Origin: Myxococcota bacterium
Lineage (GTDB): Bacteria > Myxococcota_A > Polyangia > Nannocystales > Nannocystaceae
NCBI GenBank assembly: GCA_039028615.1
Contig: JBCCHT010000021.1
Span: 96,001-160,000, forward strand
Length of the DNA: 64,000 nucleotides
Reading direction: 5' to 3'
The notes under the pieces are model-generated. The model was not told where the DNA came from. It worked only from the letters and a program-made list of their open reading frames with translations, and ran no database searches. Positions within the stretch are counted from its first letter, which is position 1. Each line of letters opens with the position of its first letter. Made by a program: the position numbers and the translations under genes. Positions 18,469 through 28,498 of the stretch are shown piece after piece.

Positions 18469-20982
18469 TCAGCCGACGAAACCGCCCAAGTTCGACCAAC
18501 GGCCCCAGCGGCTGTCGTAGCGCTTGTGCCAGACGGCACCGTCTCGTCCCCGAGCGACGACGTCGATCTCGTCGTCACCGCGAGACACGGCTCCGGGAGC
18601 CGAGGTGATGGTGCCGCCGAGGTCTTCCCAGCGTCCCCAGGAACCGTCCCACCACGTGTGCCACAGCGCTTGGTTGGTGCCGCGGGCGAAGATGTCGAGG
18701 CGTCCCGCGTCCCATGACGCGACGGCGGGGGCCGAAGTCAGCCTACCTCCGAGGCTGTGCCACGCGTCCCAGCGATTGCCTTCGTGCGCGCGATGCCACA
18801 GTGCTCCGTTGGCACCTCGACCGAACACGTCGATGCGACCGGGCCCCCAGGACACGGCGGCGGGGGCCGAGGTCAACGTGCCGCCGAGGTCGTTCCAGGC
18901 CGACCATCGCCCTTCCCACGACATGTGCTGGAGCGTGCCGTCCTCGCCGCGGGCAAAGATGTCGAGGCGCCCCTCTTCCCAGCTGGCAACGGTGGGGGCC
19001 GAGGTGAGCTTGCCTCCCAGACTGTGCCAGGCATGCCAGCGGCGCCGGTCGTACCAGGTATGCCACAGCGCATCGTCCCGGCCTCGCGCGAACACGTCGA
19101 TGCGATCGCGCCCCCACGAGACGGCCGCGGGCGCCGAGGACAGGACCCCGCCCAGCTCCTCCCAGTTCTCGCTGCGCCCTTCCGACCATCGGTGCCACAG
19201 CGCGTCGTTCTTACCCCGTACGAACACGTCCATGCGCTGCGGCGCCCACGAGGACACCGCGACCCCCCGAGGCTCCTCCCATGGCTCGAGCGCCGAAGCA
19301 CGGGAGAAGTCGCTGCTGAGGCCGTCGTTGGCGCGGATGCCCAGCTCTGCGGCGTCTCGCCGCCATACCGCGAGTTCTCGCTCGGCGCCGACATTGGATG
19401 GCGCGCCCGGGCGCGTCATTCCCCAGTGGTAGCGCACGTCGTACCGCGCCGCGGTCGTGTTCACCTGCTGGATCATCGTGGCGGCATTGGGATCCAAGGC
19501 GTCGAGCAGCAGCACTTCGACCGACACGGTGACCGGCCACCGCTGCATCCCCAGCGGAGCCCGCGTGGGTCCCATGAAGCGAATGGCGACATACCCGGCT
19601 TGGTGACCCGAGCCACGTCCGCGAAACAGGCCCAGGATTTCGTCGATGAAGTTCAGATAGTCGGTACGGGTCGCGTCGAAGAAAATCTCGGTGAACTGGC
19701 CCTTCGGCGACTCCTTCCAGAACCTCTCGTACTTGTCGGGGTAGCCCGCGTACTGCGTCGCCGTCCCGGAGGTGATCTCGTAGTTCGGGCCGATCGATGG
19801 TTGTGCGCCGACCTGGCTCGCGAAGATGAAGTCGCTGAGTACGTTGAATACGTCTTCACTGCTCGCGAGGACGCCATTTTCGAGGGCGATGCGGATCGGG
19901 TCGAGTAGGGTCGGGAACAGGCCGACTCGGAGCAGGCGTAGGATGGTGCCCAATGCTCCGCCGACGTTGATCCCGGCTGTAGGGTCGAGCGCGATGGCCA
20001 AGGCGTCGACCAGGGCCGCTTGCTGCTGGAACGTGAGCCCGCCGCTCGGTGGCGAGGAAGGCAACTGCATCAGCTCCTTTCGCCGGGCCGTCCACCACGC
20101 CTGGCCGTTGGCGCTGTCGGGGTTGAGCGCCACCTCGAGGCCATACACATCCGCCGTGTTGACCGGCGGCGCCGCTGCCCCGGGAGCAACCGGCAGGGGA
20201 TTGGTACGAATGAAGTTCTCCCAGTCACCGGATAGAGCGGCGGTGACCAGATGTTGCCGAACGAGGCCCCAGGTCGACGGGATCCGTTTCGAAGACAGCT
20301 TGAACGCGGGCTCCAGCTCGAGCACGTACGCGTACACGAAGCCGCAGCGGCCCACGGAGACCAGCGCCGCTTCGAAGTCTCCGGCTCGACGACGCGTACG
20401 CATCGAGTCGTGCCAGCCGGCGTAATGCTGGCTCAACGCGTCCCTCGATGCCACGGGGTGGTCCGGGTGCTCGAGCCACAGCTCCTCACCGCCGGGCGTC
20501 ACCAGGTGAATCGCGCGAACCATGCCCGCGAGCGGAGGGCGGGCGATGTCGGAGCCGTGCGTGCCGGTCGAGATGGCGCCAGCGAGGCTCTGGCCCAGGC
20601 TGCCTCCGAGGGTGGGGATGGATTTTCCCCGTTGCCAGGCTTGGGTCGCGAGCTCGTGGAGCTTGATGCCGGCTTCGACCAGCACGAGGTTGCTCGCATC
20701 GGACCCCGCGGGTCGCTCGTCGGCGAGCTGCGCCAGGTCCCAGGAGAGCGCGCGACGGAGCCCGGCGGTGTCGACCCAACGGTCGTCGGCCCGTGCGGCG
20801 CCGGAGGCCGACCATCGGCTCCCCGACGCACGGAGCCGCTTGCGGCGGGATGCGACCTTGGCCACGGCGACGAGGTCGGCGAGCGTATGAGGTCGGTAGC
20901 AAAGCTGGGGACCGTCGGGCTGGGAATCGGGCCAGTTCTGCCATTCTTGGGGGATTTCGGGGGCTGAGGGGGTGGGTCGCAT
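18469..20982 (-). CDS. FAD-linked oxidase (PCMH/aldonolactone oxidase-like) fused to six PLL-like Trp-rich lectin beta-propeller repeats
   Basis: 'VEAGIKL...QSLAGAISTGTHGS...SVGRCG' FAD-binding motifs, 'RYHWG' motif; six 'GG.LTSAP...SW..GR.DVFARG...LWH' repeats at 18469-19270. Confidence 0.8.
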   Translation of the reverse strand: MRPTPSAPEIPQEWQNWPDSQPDGPQLCYRPHTLADLVAVAKVASRRKRLRASGSRWSASGAARADDRWVDTAGLRRALSWDLAQLADERPAGSDASNLVLVEAGIKLHELATQAWQRGKSIPTLGGSLGQSLAGAISTGTHGSDIARPPLAGMVRAIHLVTPGGEELWLEHPDHPVASRDALSQHYAGWHDSMRTRRRAGDFEAALVSVGRCGFVYAYVLELEPAFKLSSKRIPSTWGLVRQHLVTAALSGDWENFIRTNPLPVAPGAAAPPVNTADVYGLEVALNPDSANGQAWWTARRKELMQLPSSPPSGGLTFQQQAALVDALAIALDPTAGINVGGALGTILRLLRVGLFPTLLDPIRIALENGVLASSEDVFNVLSDFIFASQVGAQPSIGPNYEITSGTATQYAGYPDKYERFWKESPKGQFTEIFFDATRTDYLNFIDEILGLFRGRGSGHQAGYVAIRFMGPTRAPLGMQRWPVTVSVEVLLLDALDPNAATMIQQVNTTAARYDVRYHWGMTRPGAPSNVGAERELAVWRRDAAELGIRANDGLSSDFSRASALEPWEEPRGVAVSSWAPQRMDVFVRGKNDALWHRWSEGRSENWEELGGVLSSAPAAVSWGRDRIDVFARGRDDALWHTWYDRRRWHAWHSLGGKLTSAPTVASWEEGRLDIFARGEDGTLQHMSWEGRWSAWNDLGGTLTSAPAAVSWGPGRIDVFGRGANGALWHRAHEGNRWDAWHSLGGRLTSAPAVASWDAGRLDIFARGTNQALWHTWWDGSWGRWEDLGGTITSAPGAVSRGDDEIDVVARGRDGAVWHKRYDSRWGRWSNLGGFVG

Positions 20983-21273
20983 GGCTCGTCTCTTTGGGTC
21001 GATGCCCTCCGAGCGGGCCAACAGCGGCATGGCTCGGTGGTGCAGGGAGCACGTTGCCGATGCGCGGAAGACCATTCTCGAGGGCACGATTTTTTTGAGC
21101 CGGCCGTACGTCGTTGGGGCGGCCGTCGAGACCTCGATCGAAAAAACAGTGCGTTGGGCAATCCATCACGGGGGATGGGGGACCCATGGTTACGGGCCGG
21201 GATGGGGCCGGGTCGCTGGGCCTTCCGGCTGACCCGTCGCGCCCATGGCAGGTCCACGAAATGGATGGAACCC

Positions 21274-22890
21274 ATGAATGTGTTCACCATCGCGGTGTCG
21301 CAACCCTCGAAGATCGCCCGTACATGTGCGCTGGGAGCCCTCGTGCTCGGTACGGGCGGTTGGACTGATTGCAGCGTGTCCGTCGTCACCCATGCGCTGA
21401 GCGGTGACCTCGAGGAGGACCAAGTCCAGCTCCAGACCGGCTTTCCCGGGCGCATCGCGGAGGTGAACCCGGACCCGGCCCTCATCTGCCGCGCCGAGCA
21501 ACAGCAGTACCAGATGGGCGACGAGGATCGCGTGACGGTATGGAGGAACGCATCGGCGACCGGGAACGACGACTTCGTGCCCGTGACGGTATGCGCGGCA
21601 GAGCTGAGCGAGGCGAGCTTCGACGACGGCGACGTCACCTCGATCCGGTTTCGGGCCCAGATGGCGTTCGCGAGCATCATGGTCGCTCTGACTCGTCTCG
21701 ATGTGCTGATGGACGACGACAACCTCGTGCCTTCGCCGCAGAGCGTGGAGGGCTGGGAGTACCCCGTCGGCTACGGTGCCGAGGGGATTCCACCGGTGCC
21801 CATCGTGGTGGGTGAAGCCAACGCGCTCTGCGGCGGGAGCCTGGGGCGAGTCAGCTCCGTCGTCTGGACTCGGGACGAGTACGAAGGCTGGGACGGGGCC
21901 TATGCCCACGAATCGGCCTTCGGGTTCGCGTGCATGTCCGACAGTGGCGTGAGCGCGGGGTCTTGCGAATCGGATGCCGACTGTGAGCCCGACGAAACCT
22001 GCGAGGAGGCCCTCCAGGTCGCGCGCATCGACATCTGCAGCTCGCGCGAGCAGGTGGCGTTCCACGAGCTGGGACACTACGTCGACTACTACGCGTCGAG
22101 CGGCATGATGCACCAAGACTACGACGGGGTGGCGCAGTGCTGTCTCGACACCGGGGACGAGGGCAGCCTCGTCAAGGAACTGGTGCCTCAGCTCTTCGCG
22201 ATGTGGGCCCGGGTAGAGGCTCGCCGTGGGTTGTTGGACTACTGCAACGGCGGCGCGGGCCTACTCGACTCCGTCGATGGCGTGGCCGGTGACTTCGACG
22301 GCGTGGGCATTCTCGGCTGCGGTGGGTTCGACGAGTCCGATGCGTTCGCCGTCAACACGGATACCGCGCGCCGCATCGGATCGTTTGACGACGACTGCCA
22401 TGACGTGGAGGCCCCGGCCCTGCGCGATGGCTACCGGTTTCCGGCGTTCTTCCAGGCGTTCTGGGAGCTGCTGCATGCTCGGGAGTGCTCGTGGTCCGGG
22501 ACGGCGTGGAACTGCGAGAGCGTGATCCGAGACGAGATGGACGAGCCCCTCGAGCCCGACGTCGGATGGTTCGACCCGCTGATGCAGGCGATGCTCTACG
22601 CGCTCAAGCAGGGCAACTCGCCGTCGTTCGTCGGGTTCTGGCGAGAGATGCAGAGCTACATGCTCATCCACCACTGCCCGCCGGATGTCGAGGAGTGTGT
22701 GCAGTTCGATCTCATCACGCACGTGATGGAGCTGCATGGGATCACCGAACTGACGCTCGACGCCACGTGCAACGACGACAACGGCTACTGCATCGTCTCC
22801 ATCGATGGCGAGGGCAACGGCGGATGCGAAGCGGATCCCGGCCCCGGGCCTGGCCCAGGTCCCGGTCCTGGCCCGGTGGGCAAGGACTGA
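21274..22890 (+). CDS. Secreted Cys-rich acidic protein with HExxH zinc-peptidase motif and C-terminal (PG)n tail
   Basis: N-terminal hydrophobic segment; 'AFHELGHYVD'; PGPGPGPGPGPGP at 22837-22875. Confidence 0.65.
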   Translation: MNVFTIAVSQPSKIARTCALGALVLGTGGWTDCSVSVVTHALSGDLEEDQVQLQTGFPGRIAEVNPDPALICRAEQQQYQMGDEDRVTVWRNASATGNDDFVPVTVCAAELSEASFDDGDVTSIRFRAQMAFASIMVALTRLDVLMDDDNLVPSPQSVEGWEYPVGYGAEGIPPVPIVVGEANALCGGSLGRVSSVVWTRDEYEGWDGAYAHESAFGFACMSDSGVSAGSCESDADCEPDETCEEALQVARIDICSSREQVAFHELGHYVDYYASSGMMHQDYDGVAQCCLDTGDEGSLVKELVPQLFAMWARVEARRGLLDYCNGGAGLLDSVDGVAGDFDGVGILGCGGFDESDAFAVNTDTARRIGSFDDDCHDVEAPALRDGYRFPAFFQAFWELLHARECSWSGTAWNCESVIRDEMDEPLEPDVGWFDPLMQAMLYALKQGNSPSFVGFWREMQSYMLIHHCPPDVEECVQFDLITHVMELHGITELTLDATCNDDNGYCIVSIDGEGNGGCEADPGPGPGPGPGPGPVGKD

Positions 22891-22924
22891 GGTTCAAGGC
22901 TAGAGACGACGGCGAGCGACGGCG

Positions 22925-22980
22925 TAAAAAAGCGCCGCCCGCCGGACTCTGGGGGTGGTCCGGGGGCGGCGGGGGGCGTA
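22925..22980. terminator. Imperfect GC hairpin with A/T tract between convergent genes
   Basis: aaaaaa-gcgccgcccgccggac...gtccgggggcggcg; reads as hairpin + U-tract on the minus strand. Confidence 0.45.
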
Positions 22981-23014
22981 CGACGCTCGTTTGGGGGTCT
23001 TGGAGAAGGAGTGG

Positions 23015-23728
23015 CTACTCCTGGATGAACACGTCGACGCCGACGTGGAGATCGCTGTCGACGGCTTCTTGCAGCGTGTTACAGCTGGCGGGGCACAGGT
23101 TCACCTGTGACGGGGCACCGTCCTCCCACGCGCTGAAATAGAAGCCATCGGCCGCGCCACAAGAGCGAGGGCTCCCCATATCTTGGAGCACCAGGGTGGA
23201 GCCGTCGAGGCTGCTGTCGGTGATGCGAAGCGACATCTCATAGTCGGCCAGCGGCACGTGGCCTTCGTCGATGTTGACGACGCAGGGGACGATGCCGCCC
23301 GCCTCGTTGACCCCGAAGACCATCGACAGCTCGGCATTGGTGAGCTGTGACTCGATGGTGTTCTGGTACCAGTAGCCACCATGGATGTGGCCGTCGACCA
23401 TCGCCTCGGCTCGCTCGGCCCAGTTGTCGTCGTCGAAGAGGTGGTCGAGCTCGGTGATCTGGTTCTCGGGCTGGATCTGGCCGAGAGCCTGGTCGATGAG
23501 GTGCTCGTGCAGCTGATGCATATCAACGAACTGGTTCTCCTCCTCGAACGGGTCCCAGCCCTCTTTGAGCTCGAACACGCGGAGGATGGGGGCGTCGCCG
23601 CTGGCCTCTCGGAACTGCGCCGACTGGGGCTCACCGAAGGGGGCGTTGGGGTCGTCGAGCGCACAGCCGGTCGCCGCGACGACCACCGTCGCGAGGGCGG
23701 CGAAGATATGTTGGAAAGAGAGTTTCAT
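23015..23728 (-). CDS. Acidic lipoprotein translationally coupled to sdpB-like gene
   Basis: AATGC lipobox; ATGA overlap at 23725-23728; C-terminal 'GFYF...VNLCPASC' module. Confidence 0.75.
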   Translation of the reverse strand: MKLSFQHIFAALATVVVAATGCALDDPNAPFGEPQSAQFREASGDAPILRVFELKEGWDPFEEENQFVDMHQLHEHLIDQALGQIQPENQITELDHLFDDDNWAERAEAMVDGHIHGGYWYQNTIESQLTNAELSMVFGVNEAGGIVPCVVNIDEGHVPLADYEMSLRITDSSLDGSTLVLQDMGSPRSCGAADGFYFSAWEDGAPSQVNLCPASCNTLQEAVDSDLHVGVDVFIQE

Positions 23729-24693
23729 ACGATTGTGTTTCCTTTTTCGTTGGGGGTTCGAGCGTCGTAGCGTTTGAACAGGGACAGCAGTCGCCGACGT
23801 GTGGCGTCGAGCAGGCGACGTGACGTCGCGTGGATTCGCGCGGCGTCGTCATCGGAGAGGAAGGTCAGGTCGGCCGCGATCATGAACAAGCCGAAGCTGG
23901 TCAGACCCATCACGGTGGCGATGCCGACGTGGAAGCCGACCGCCAGCAGCAGCACCACGCGACGGGCGTGACGATTGAAGGCGACGGCGAAGGGGAAGGC
24001 GAGCTGAAAGAACACGGTCACGTAGGCGAACACGGTCATCAGCAACGGGCTGTCGAGCACGAGCTGGGCGACCTCGGGAATCGTGAAGCGCTCGGTCGAC
24101 AGCACGTAGTAAAGGGCGGTGCCGTTGCGCCACGCTTCACCTTCGATCTTCGACATGCCCGCGATCAGGTAGACCACGCATATCTGGCCCCAGATGGCGA
24201 CCAGCCCGGTATTGTGCGCGATGGCTCGGAGGTCGCGGAGCCACTGCGGTGCCCGTCGTAGCCACGAGCGCACGCCGGGGCCTCCCAGGTTGCAGAGCAG
24301 CGCGTAGCACAGCAGCAGCTGGGTGAGGTTGTCGCCGCCATCTCCCAGGCCAGGGATGCGATCGATGAGCGAGCGCCAGGCGACGAGCACGAGCAGCGTG
24401 GTCACCGGGAGCAGCACGCCGAGCGTCCACAGCAACGTGACCAGGATTGAACCGTGATAGGCGAGCTCGAACACGACGACCGAATCGATGTTGGTGAACA
24501 GGCCGAAGTTGGCGGTCTGCTGCGCCACCTCTCGCGGGAACACGGCGTCCGGGCCGAACAGGTAGTGGCGCTGGGGATAGGCGGAGAGGAACTGGAAGAG
24601 GATGGTGCAGCCGGCGACGACTCGATAGATCTCGAGCGCGCGCTGGCCGTGCATGGTGGTGGCCAGCTCGGCGAGACGGCGTAGGGCGTTCAT
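23725..24693 (-). CDS. HTTM-domain membrane protein (SdpB-like)
   Basis: Multi-TM; 'DGGDNL', 'QICVVYLIAGMSKIEGEAWRNGTALYY', 'FHVGIATVMGL' HTTM motifs. Confidence 0.85.
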   Translation of the reverse strand: MNALRRLAELATTMHGQRALEIYRVVAGCTILFQFLSAYPQRHYLFGPDAVFPREVAQQTANFGLFTNIDSVVVFELAYHGSILVTLLWTLGVLLPVTTLLVLVAWRSLIDRIPGLGDGGDNLTQLLLCYALLCNLGGPGVRSWLRRAPQWLRDLRAIAHNTGLVAIWGQICVVYLIAGMSKIEGEAWRNGTALYYVLSTERFTIPEVAQLVLDSPLLMTVFAYVTVFFQLAFPFAVAFNRHARRVVLLLAVGFHVGIATVMGLTSFGLFMIAADLTFLSDDDAARIHATSRRLLDATRRRLLSLFKRYDARTPNEKGNTIV

Positions 24694-25439
24694 AGCGTCA
24701 CCTCCACGTAGGGCATGGGCTTCATCTCGAAGGCGGTGGAGGGCTCGCGGGTACCTGAGTTGCGCTCGGCGTAGGTGGGCACCTTGGAGGTCACGAAGCG
24801 GGCTTCGACCTCGTCGATGACGACGTCACGCCCCCGCAGGCTGCGTTTGCAGGACGCCGATGCGATTCGCTGCATGTGCTGCTTGCCTCGGTCGAGCGTC
24901 TCCTCGCGGCGCGATTCGAGCAGGGCTCGGGCTCGCTCGGCGTCCTCTCCGGAGAGATGCTCGAGCGCCTTCCACTTCGTGGCGTCGTTGTTGAACAAGT
25001 GCGGCTTGTTGGCGCGCTGGACCATCCCTGCGGCGCCGAGTCGGTTGCCGCGGTGGGCCTCGATCATCGGCGTGGTGATGTCGCGCCACTCGGTGGACTG
25101 CGCGAGGCCCCCTTCGGTGTAGTGACACCGCACGTGCATGTTCTCGTCGCGCCCACCCGGCTGAGGCGCGAATAGCCGCCACTGCTGGAGAAAGTAGGGC
25201 GCGATGTAGCTCTGCACCCACGACCGCGACGTGATGTTCACCGGGTTGGCCGGGGTCACGTGCAGGAGTACGGCGACGAAGTGAAACGCCAGCCAGGTCG
25301 TCGTCACGGCCAGCGCCGCGGCCACGTGGATGCTCAGGGGTCGAGGAGTTCGAGCGGCGAGCCGCGCGTCACCTTGTAGATAGGCATCGGTACGCGGCTC
25401 CGTCGTCGACTCCCCCCGCGGGGAAAGGTCGGTGTTCAT
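24690..25439 (-). CDS. DUF5819/SdpA-like protein
   Basis: N-terminal TM then 'LHVTPANP...YIAPYFLQQWRLFAPQP' signature; ATGA overlap with HTTM gene. Confidence 0.8.
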   Translation of the reverse strand: MNTDLSPRGESTTEPRTDAYLQGDARLAARTPRPLSIHVAAALAVTTTWLAFHFVAVLLHVTPANPVNITSRSWVQSYIAPYFLQQWRLFAPQPGGRDENMHVRCHYTEGGLAQSTEWRDITTPMIEAHRGNRLGAAGMVQRANKPHLFNNDATKWKALEHLSGEDAERARALLESRREETLDRGKQHMQRIASASCKRSLRGRDVVIDEVEARFVTSKVPTYAERNSGTREPSTAFEMKPMPYVEVTL

Positions 25440-25452
25440 GATTCGTCATGAG

Positions 25453-25477
25453 AGACCCCGACCTCGGGGGTTGTGAC
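25453..25477 (-). promoter_or_regulatory. Putative ECF-sigma promoter GTCACAACC-N8-CGGGGTCT upstream of sdpA-like operon
   Basis: Same 17 fixed bases and spacing as 29124-29148; preceded by A-tract CCGAAAAAATCC. Confidence 0.6.
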
Positions 25478-25502
25478 GACGGATTTTTTCGGATGGGATG
25501 GA

Positions 25503-28475
25503 TTAGTCGACGTGGGTCTCGAGCCATGCCTCGACGGTGGCCTGCTCGGACGCATCTTCGACCAGCTCGAGAGCGCGGGAGGCGTGGCTCCTCGCGGTCG
25601 CATTCTCGCCCTTGGCCCATAGAATGCGGGCGAGCAGGAGCTCGAGAGCGGAATAGTCGTCGGTATTGGTCTTGGCCCGGCGAGCGATGGACTCGGCGGC
25701 GGCCGGGTCACCCAGCTTCAGGGTGCTCTCGGCCAGACCCCGGAGCGGATCCGCGAGGTGCGGGTGCTGGGACCCGAGGTGCTTTTCGAACTGCTCGACC
25801 GACTGCTGGTAGTGCACGTGAGCGCTGGACCAGTCGTCCTTCAGGCGATACGCGCGGGCGAGGCTCAGGCGCAGGTAGGGGGCGAGTCGGTCGAGCGTCT
25901 CGTCGGGTGAGCTTGCGATGATCGCGAGCCCCTCGTTGGCACGAGCGATGGCCTCGTCGGGGAGCTTCCGGTTGTTGGCCAGCCGCGCGAGGTTGCGGAT
26001 GATCTGAACCACCAGGGGGCCGTCCGGGTCGTCCTCACGCGCCAACGTGAGGGCGATTTCGTAGTTGTGGGCCGCTTCGTCGTGGCGCCCCAGCTCTCCG
26101 TAGGCGACGGCGAGCGTCTGCCGCAGGGAGGAGCGGTCCCGCGGAGCGGCGTCGCCCGAGTGATCGATAGCCATACGAATCTCCTCGACGGCCTCATCGT
26201 AGCGACCGAGCTGAAGCAGCGTACTTGCGATGTTGTTGCGCACCCGCAGCACTTGCAGGTGACTGGGCGGCAAAGTGACCTCTTGGATGGCCGCCGACCG
26301 CCGCAGCAGGTCGAGCGCCGCTTCGTAGTCCCCGCGGTGGATCTGCGTGCCGCCGTAGTTGTTCAGCTCGTTGGCGACGCTGGGGTGCTCGAGCCCGTAG
26401 ATCGTCTCGGTGAGGTGCAGGGCATTGTCGTGGTGCCCGAGGGCCTCGTCGAACTTGCCCTGCATGGTCAGCGTCACCGCGAGAGCGGAGGCGGCCAACC
26501 GCTGCGTCTCGTGGGCTTCGTCGCCGCGCATCCCCTTGGCGTGTTCCATGGCCGCCTCGAAGGCCCGCAGCGCATCGTCCAGGCGCCCCGAGGCGCGCAG
26601 CATCAAGCCTTCGTCGAGGTCGCGGCGGAACACGAGCTGCGGCTGTGCGCCGAGGCGAGGCAGCAGCGCGTCGACGAGTCGAAGGGAGCGCTCACCGAGG
26701 TCGGCGTGACGAAGCTGATAGCCCTCGGTGTAGACCAGCCGCAGCGTGGACATCAGGACGGTGTGCTCGTCGCCTCCGCGCAGCGCCGCCGTCTGTGCGT
26801 CGAGGTAGGCCTCGGCCGCTCGTTCGTGTCGCTCGAGCTTGTTCATCGCATCGCCGATCGCCAACGATGCCCGCCCGGTTGCCGTCGAGTACCCCAGAGA
26901 CTCGGCGTCGGCGAGCGCCGCTTCGGCCCGGTGAAGCGAGGCCTCGTAGCGGCCGAGGTTGAGCTCGCTCCGGCTCCGCGCGAGCACTTGCGACAGGGCC
27001 GACACCGCGTCGCGATCCGCTTCGTCGATGGGCTCGACGCGTCGCAGAGACTCGAGGTCGGCACATGGGGCGAGCGACGACAGCGACAGCGAGGCCCGGT
27101 CGGCCCGCGCCGCGACCTCGGGATCGGCGTGCTCCAATACTTCCACGAGCGAGGCCAGCTCACCCCGTCGCTCGTCGAGGCATGTCATACGCAGATCGAA
27201 GGCCTCCTCGGATTGAACGTGCCGCTCGTGCGTCGCGGCGCACGCCTCCTGGTAGGCCTGCCCCCAGTTGGTCGCGTAGCCGTCGAGACGACCGCGAACC
27301 CGCGCGGCGGCGGCCTCTCCGATCGGGCCGCCGCGTTCGCTCAGCGCACGCTCGACGTCGTCGCCCCGTGCGTCGCTCCACACCGCGGTCAGTCGGGGCT
27401 CTGGGTCGCAGGGGTCGCTCTCCAGCCGGGTCGTCAGCCAACCCGCGGTGCCGACCATGGCCGCCAGGGCCACGGCGACCAACCCGACCTCGAGCCGCGG
27501 CGTGATCGTGGCCTGCAGCTCGTCGAGCAGCGCGTCCATCGACGCGAAGCGCTCGGCCGGGTCGGTGGACAAGCCTCGCTCGAGGGCTCGCTGGAGTCGC
27601 CGCGGGACCTTTCGCTTGCTGCGCGGGGCCTCGTCGGCCTCGTTGTCGTCGCGCGGTTGATCTTTGCCTGGGCGTCGACCGTGGAGCCCTTCGTACAGGC
27701 TCACACAGAACGCGTACTGATCGACCCGAGCGTCGAGCTCCCGCTTTCGCTCGACCTGCTCGGGGGCCATGTAGGCCCGCGTGCCGAGCACCATGCCCGT
27801 GGTCGTGAGCGAAGCCGTGGAGGCGCCGTCGGTGCGCTCTTCCGAAGTGTCGGGCTCGTCCTGCGTGATCGTGTCGTCGTCGAGCACGCGCGCCAGCCCG
27901 AAGTCGGCGACGCGCGGCCGCCCTTCACCGTCGACGAGCACGTTGTCCGGCTTGAAGTCGCGGTGGACCAGGCCCGCGTGATGAGCCGCGGCCAGGCCGC
28001 GGCCGGCGTCGACGAACATCCGCGTAATTTCGGCCCAGGACCGTTCGCTGGCGCCGATCCACGAGCGCAGGGTGGTGCCTTCGACCAACTCCATCGCAAT
28101 GAACAGAACGTACTGGCGGATACCCGTGGCTCGCTGGCGTACCTGGTGGCGGCCGATCTCATAGATGGTCAGGACGTTGGGGTGCGACAGCTTCGCCATC
28201 GCCTTGGCCTCGCGCACCAGTCGGGCGGAGGCAGAGTCGGAGGTACGACGCGTGTGCAGCTTGATCGCCACGGGGCGATCGAGCTCCAAGTCATGCGCTC
28301 GGTACACGACTCCCATCCCGCCGCTGCCGAGCATGCCCTCGACTCGATAGGACTCACTGACGACGTCGCCGGTTTCGAGGGTCGTCGGCGCGAGCGCGGG
28401 CTCGACGGGGGGCGCCGCGGCAAACCGGGCGAGCAGTCGCTCGTCGGAATCGTCCCCTTGGTGTGGCCGGCTCAT
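25503..28475 (-). CDS. Hanks-type Ser/Thr protein kinase with TM and TPR repeats
   Basis: GSGGMGVV, VAIK, HRDFKPDN, DFG, YMAPE; TM helix; TPR-like repeats. Confidence 0.95.
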   Translation of the reverse strand: MSRPHQGDDSDERLLARFAAAPPVEPALAPTTLETGDVVSESYRVEGMLGSGGMGVVYRAHDLELDRPVAIKLHTRRTSDSASARLVREAKAMAKLSHPNVLTIYEIGRHQVRQRATGIRQYVLFIAMELVEGTTLRSWIGASERSWAEITRMFVDAGRGLAAAHHAGLVHRDFKPDNVLVDGEGRPRVADFGLARVLDDDTITQDEPDTSEERTDGASTASLTTTGMVLGTRAYMAPEQVERKRELDARVDQYAFCVSLYEGLHGRRPGKDQPRDDNEADEAPRSKRKVPRRLQRALERGLSTDPAERFASMDALLDELQATITPRLEVGLVAVALAAMVGTAGWLTTRLESDPCDPEPRLTAVWSDARGDDVERALSERGGPIGEAAAARVRGRLDGYATNWGQAYQEACAATHERHVQSEEAFDLRMTCLDERRGELASLVEVLEHADPEVAARADRASLSLSSLAPCADLESLRRVEPIDEADRDAVSALSQVLARSRSELNLGRYEASLHRAEAALADAESLGYSTATGRASLAIGDAMNKLERHERAAEAYLDAQTAALRGGDEHTVLMSTLRLVYTEGYQLRHADLGERSLRLVDALLPRLGAQPQLVFRRDLDEGLMLRASGRLDDALRAFEAAMEHAKGMRGDEAHETQRLAASALAVTLTMQGKFDEALGHHDNALHLTETIYGLEHPSVANELNNYGGTQIHRGDYEAALDLLRRSAAIQEVTLPPSHLQVLRVRNNIASTLLQLGRYDEAVEEIRMAIDHSGDAAPRDRSSLRQTLAVAYGELGRHDEAAHNYEIALTLAREDDPDGPLVVQIIRNLARLANNRKLPDEAIARANEGLAIIASSPDETLDRLAPYLRLSLARAYRLKDDWSSAHVHYQQSVEQFEKHLGSQHPHLADPLRGLAESTLKLGDPAAAESIARRAKTNTDDYSALELLLARILWAKGENATARSHASRALELVEDASEQATVEAWLETHVD

Positions 28476-28498
28476 GATGACGACGCTACCCTCGGGAC

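Noticed and set aside
18039..19270. Repeats as a CRISPR array
   Set aside because: They are in-frame coding repeats (linker duplication, lectin blades) with no unique spacers or cas genes.
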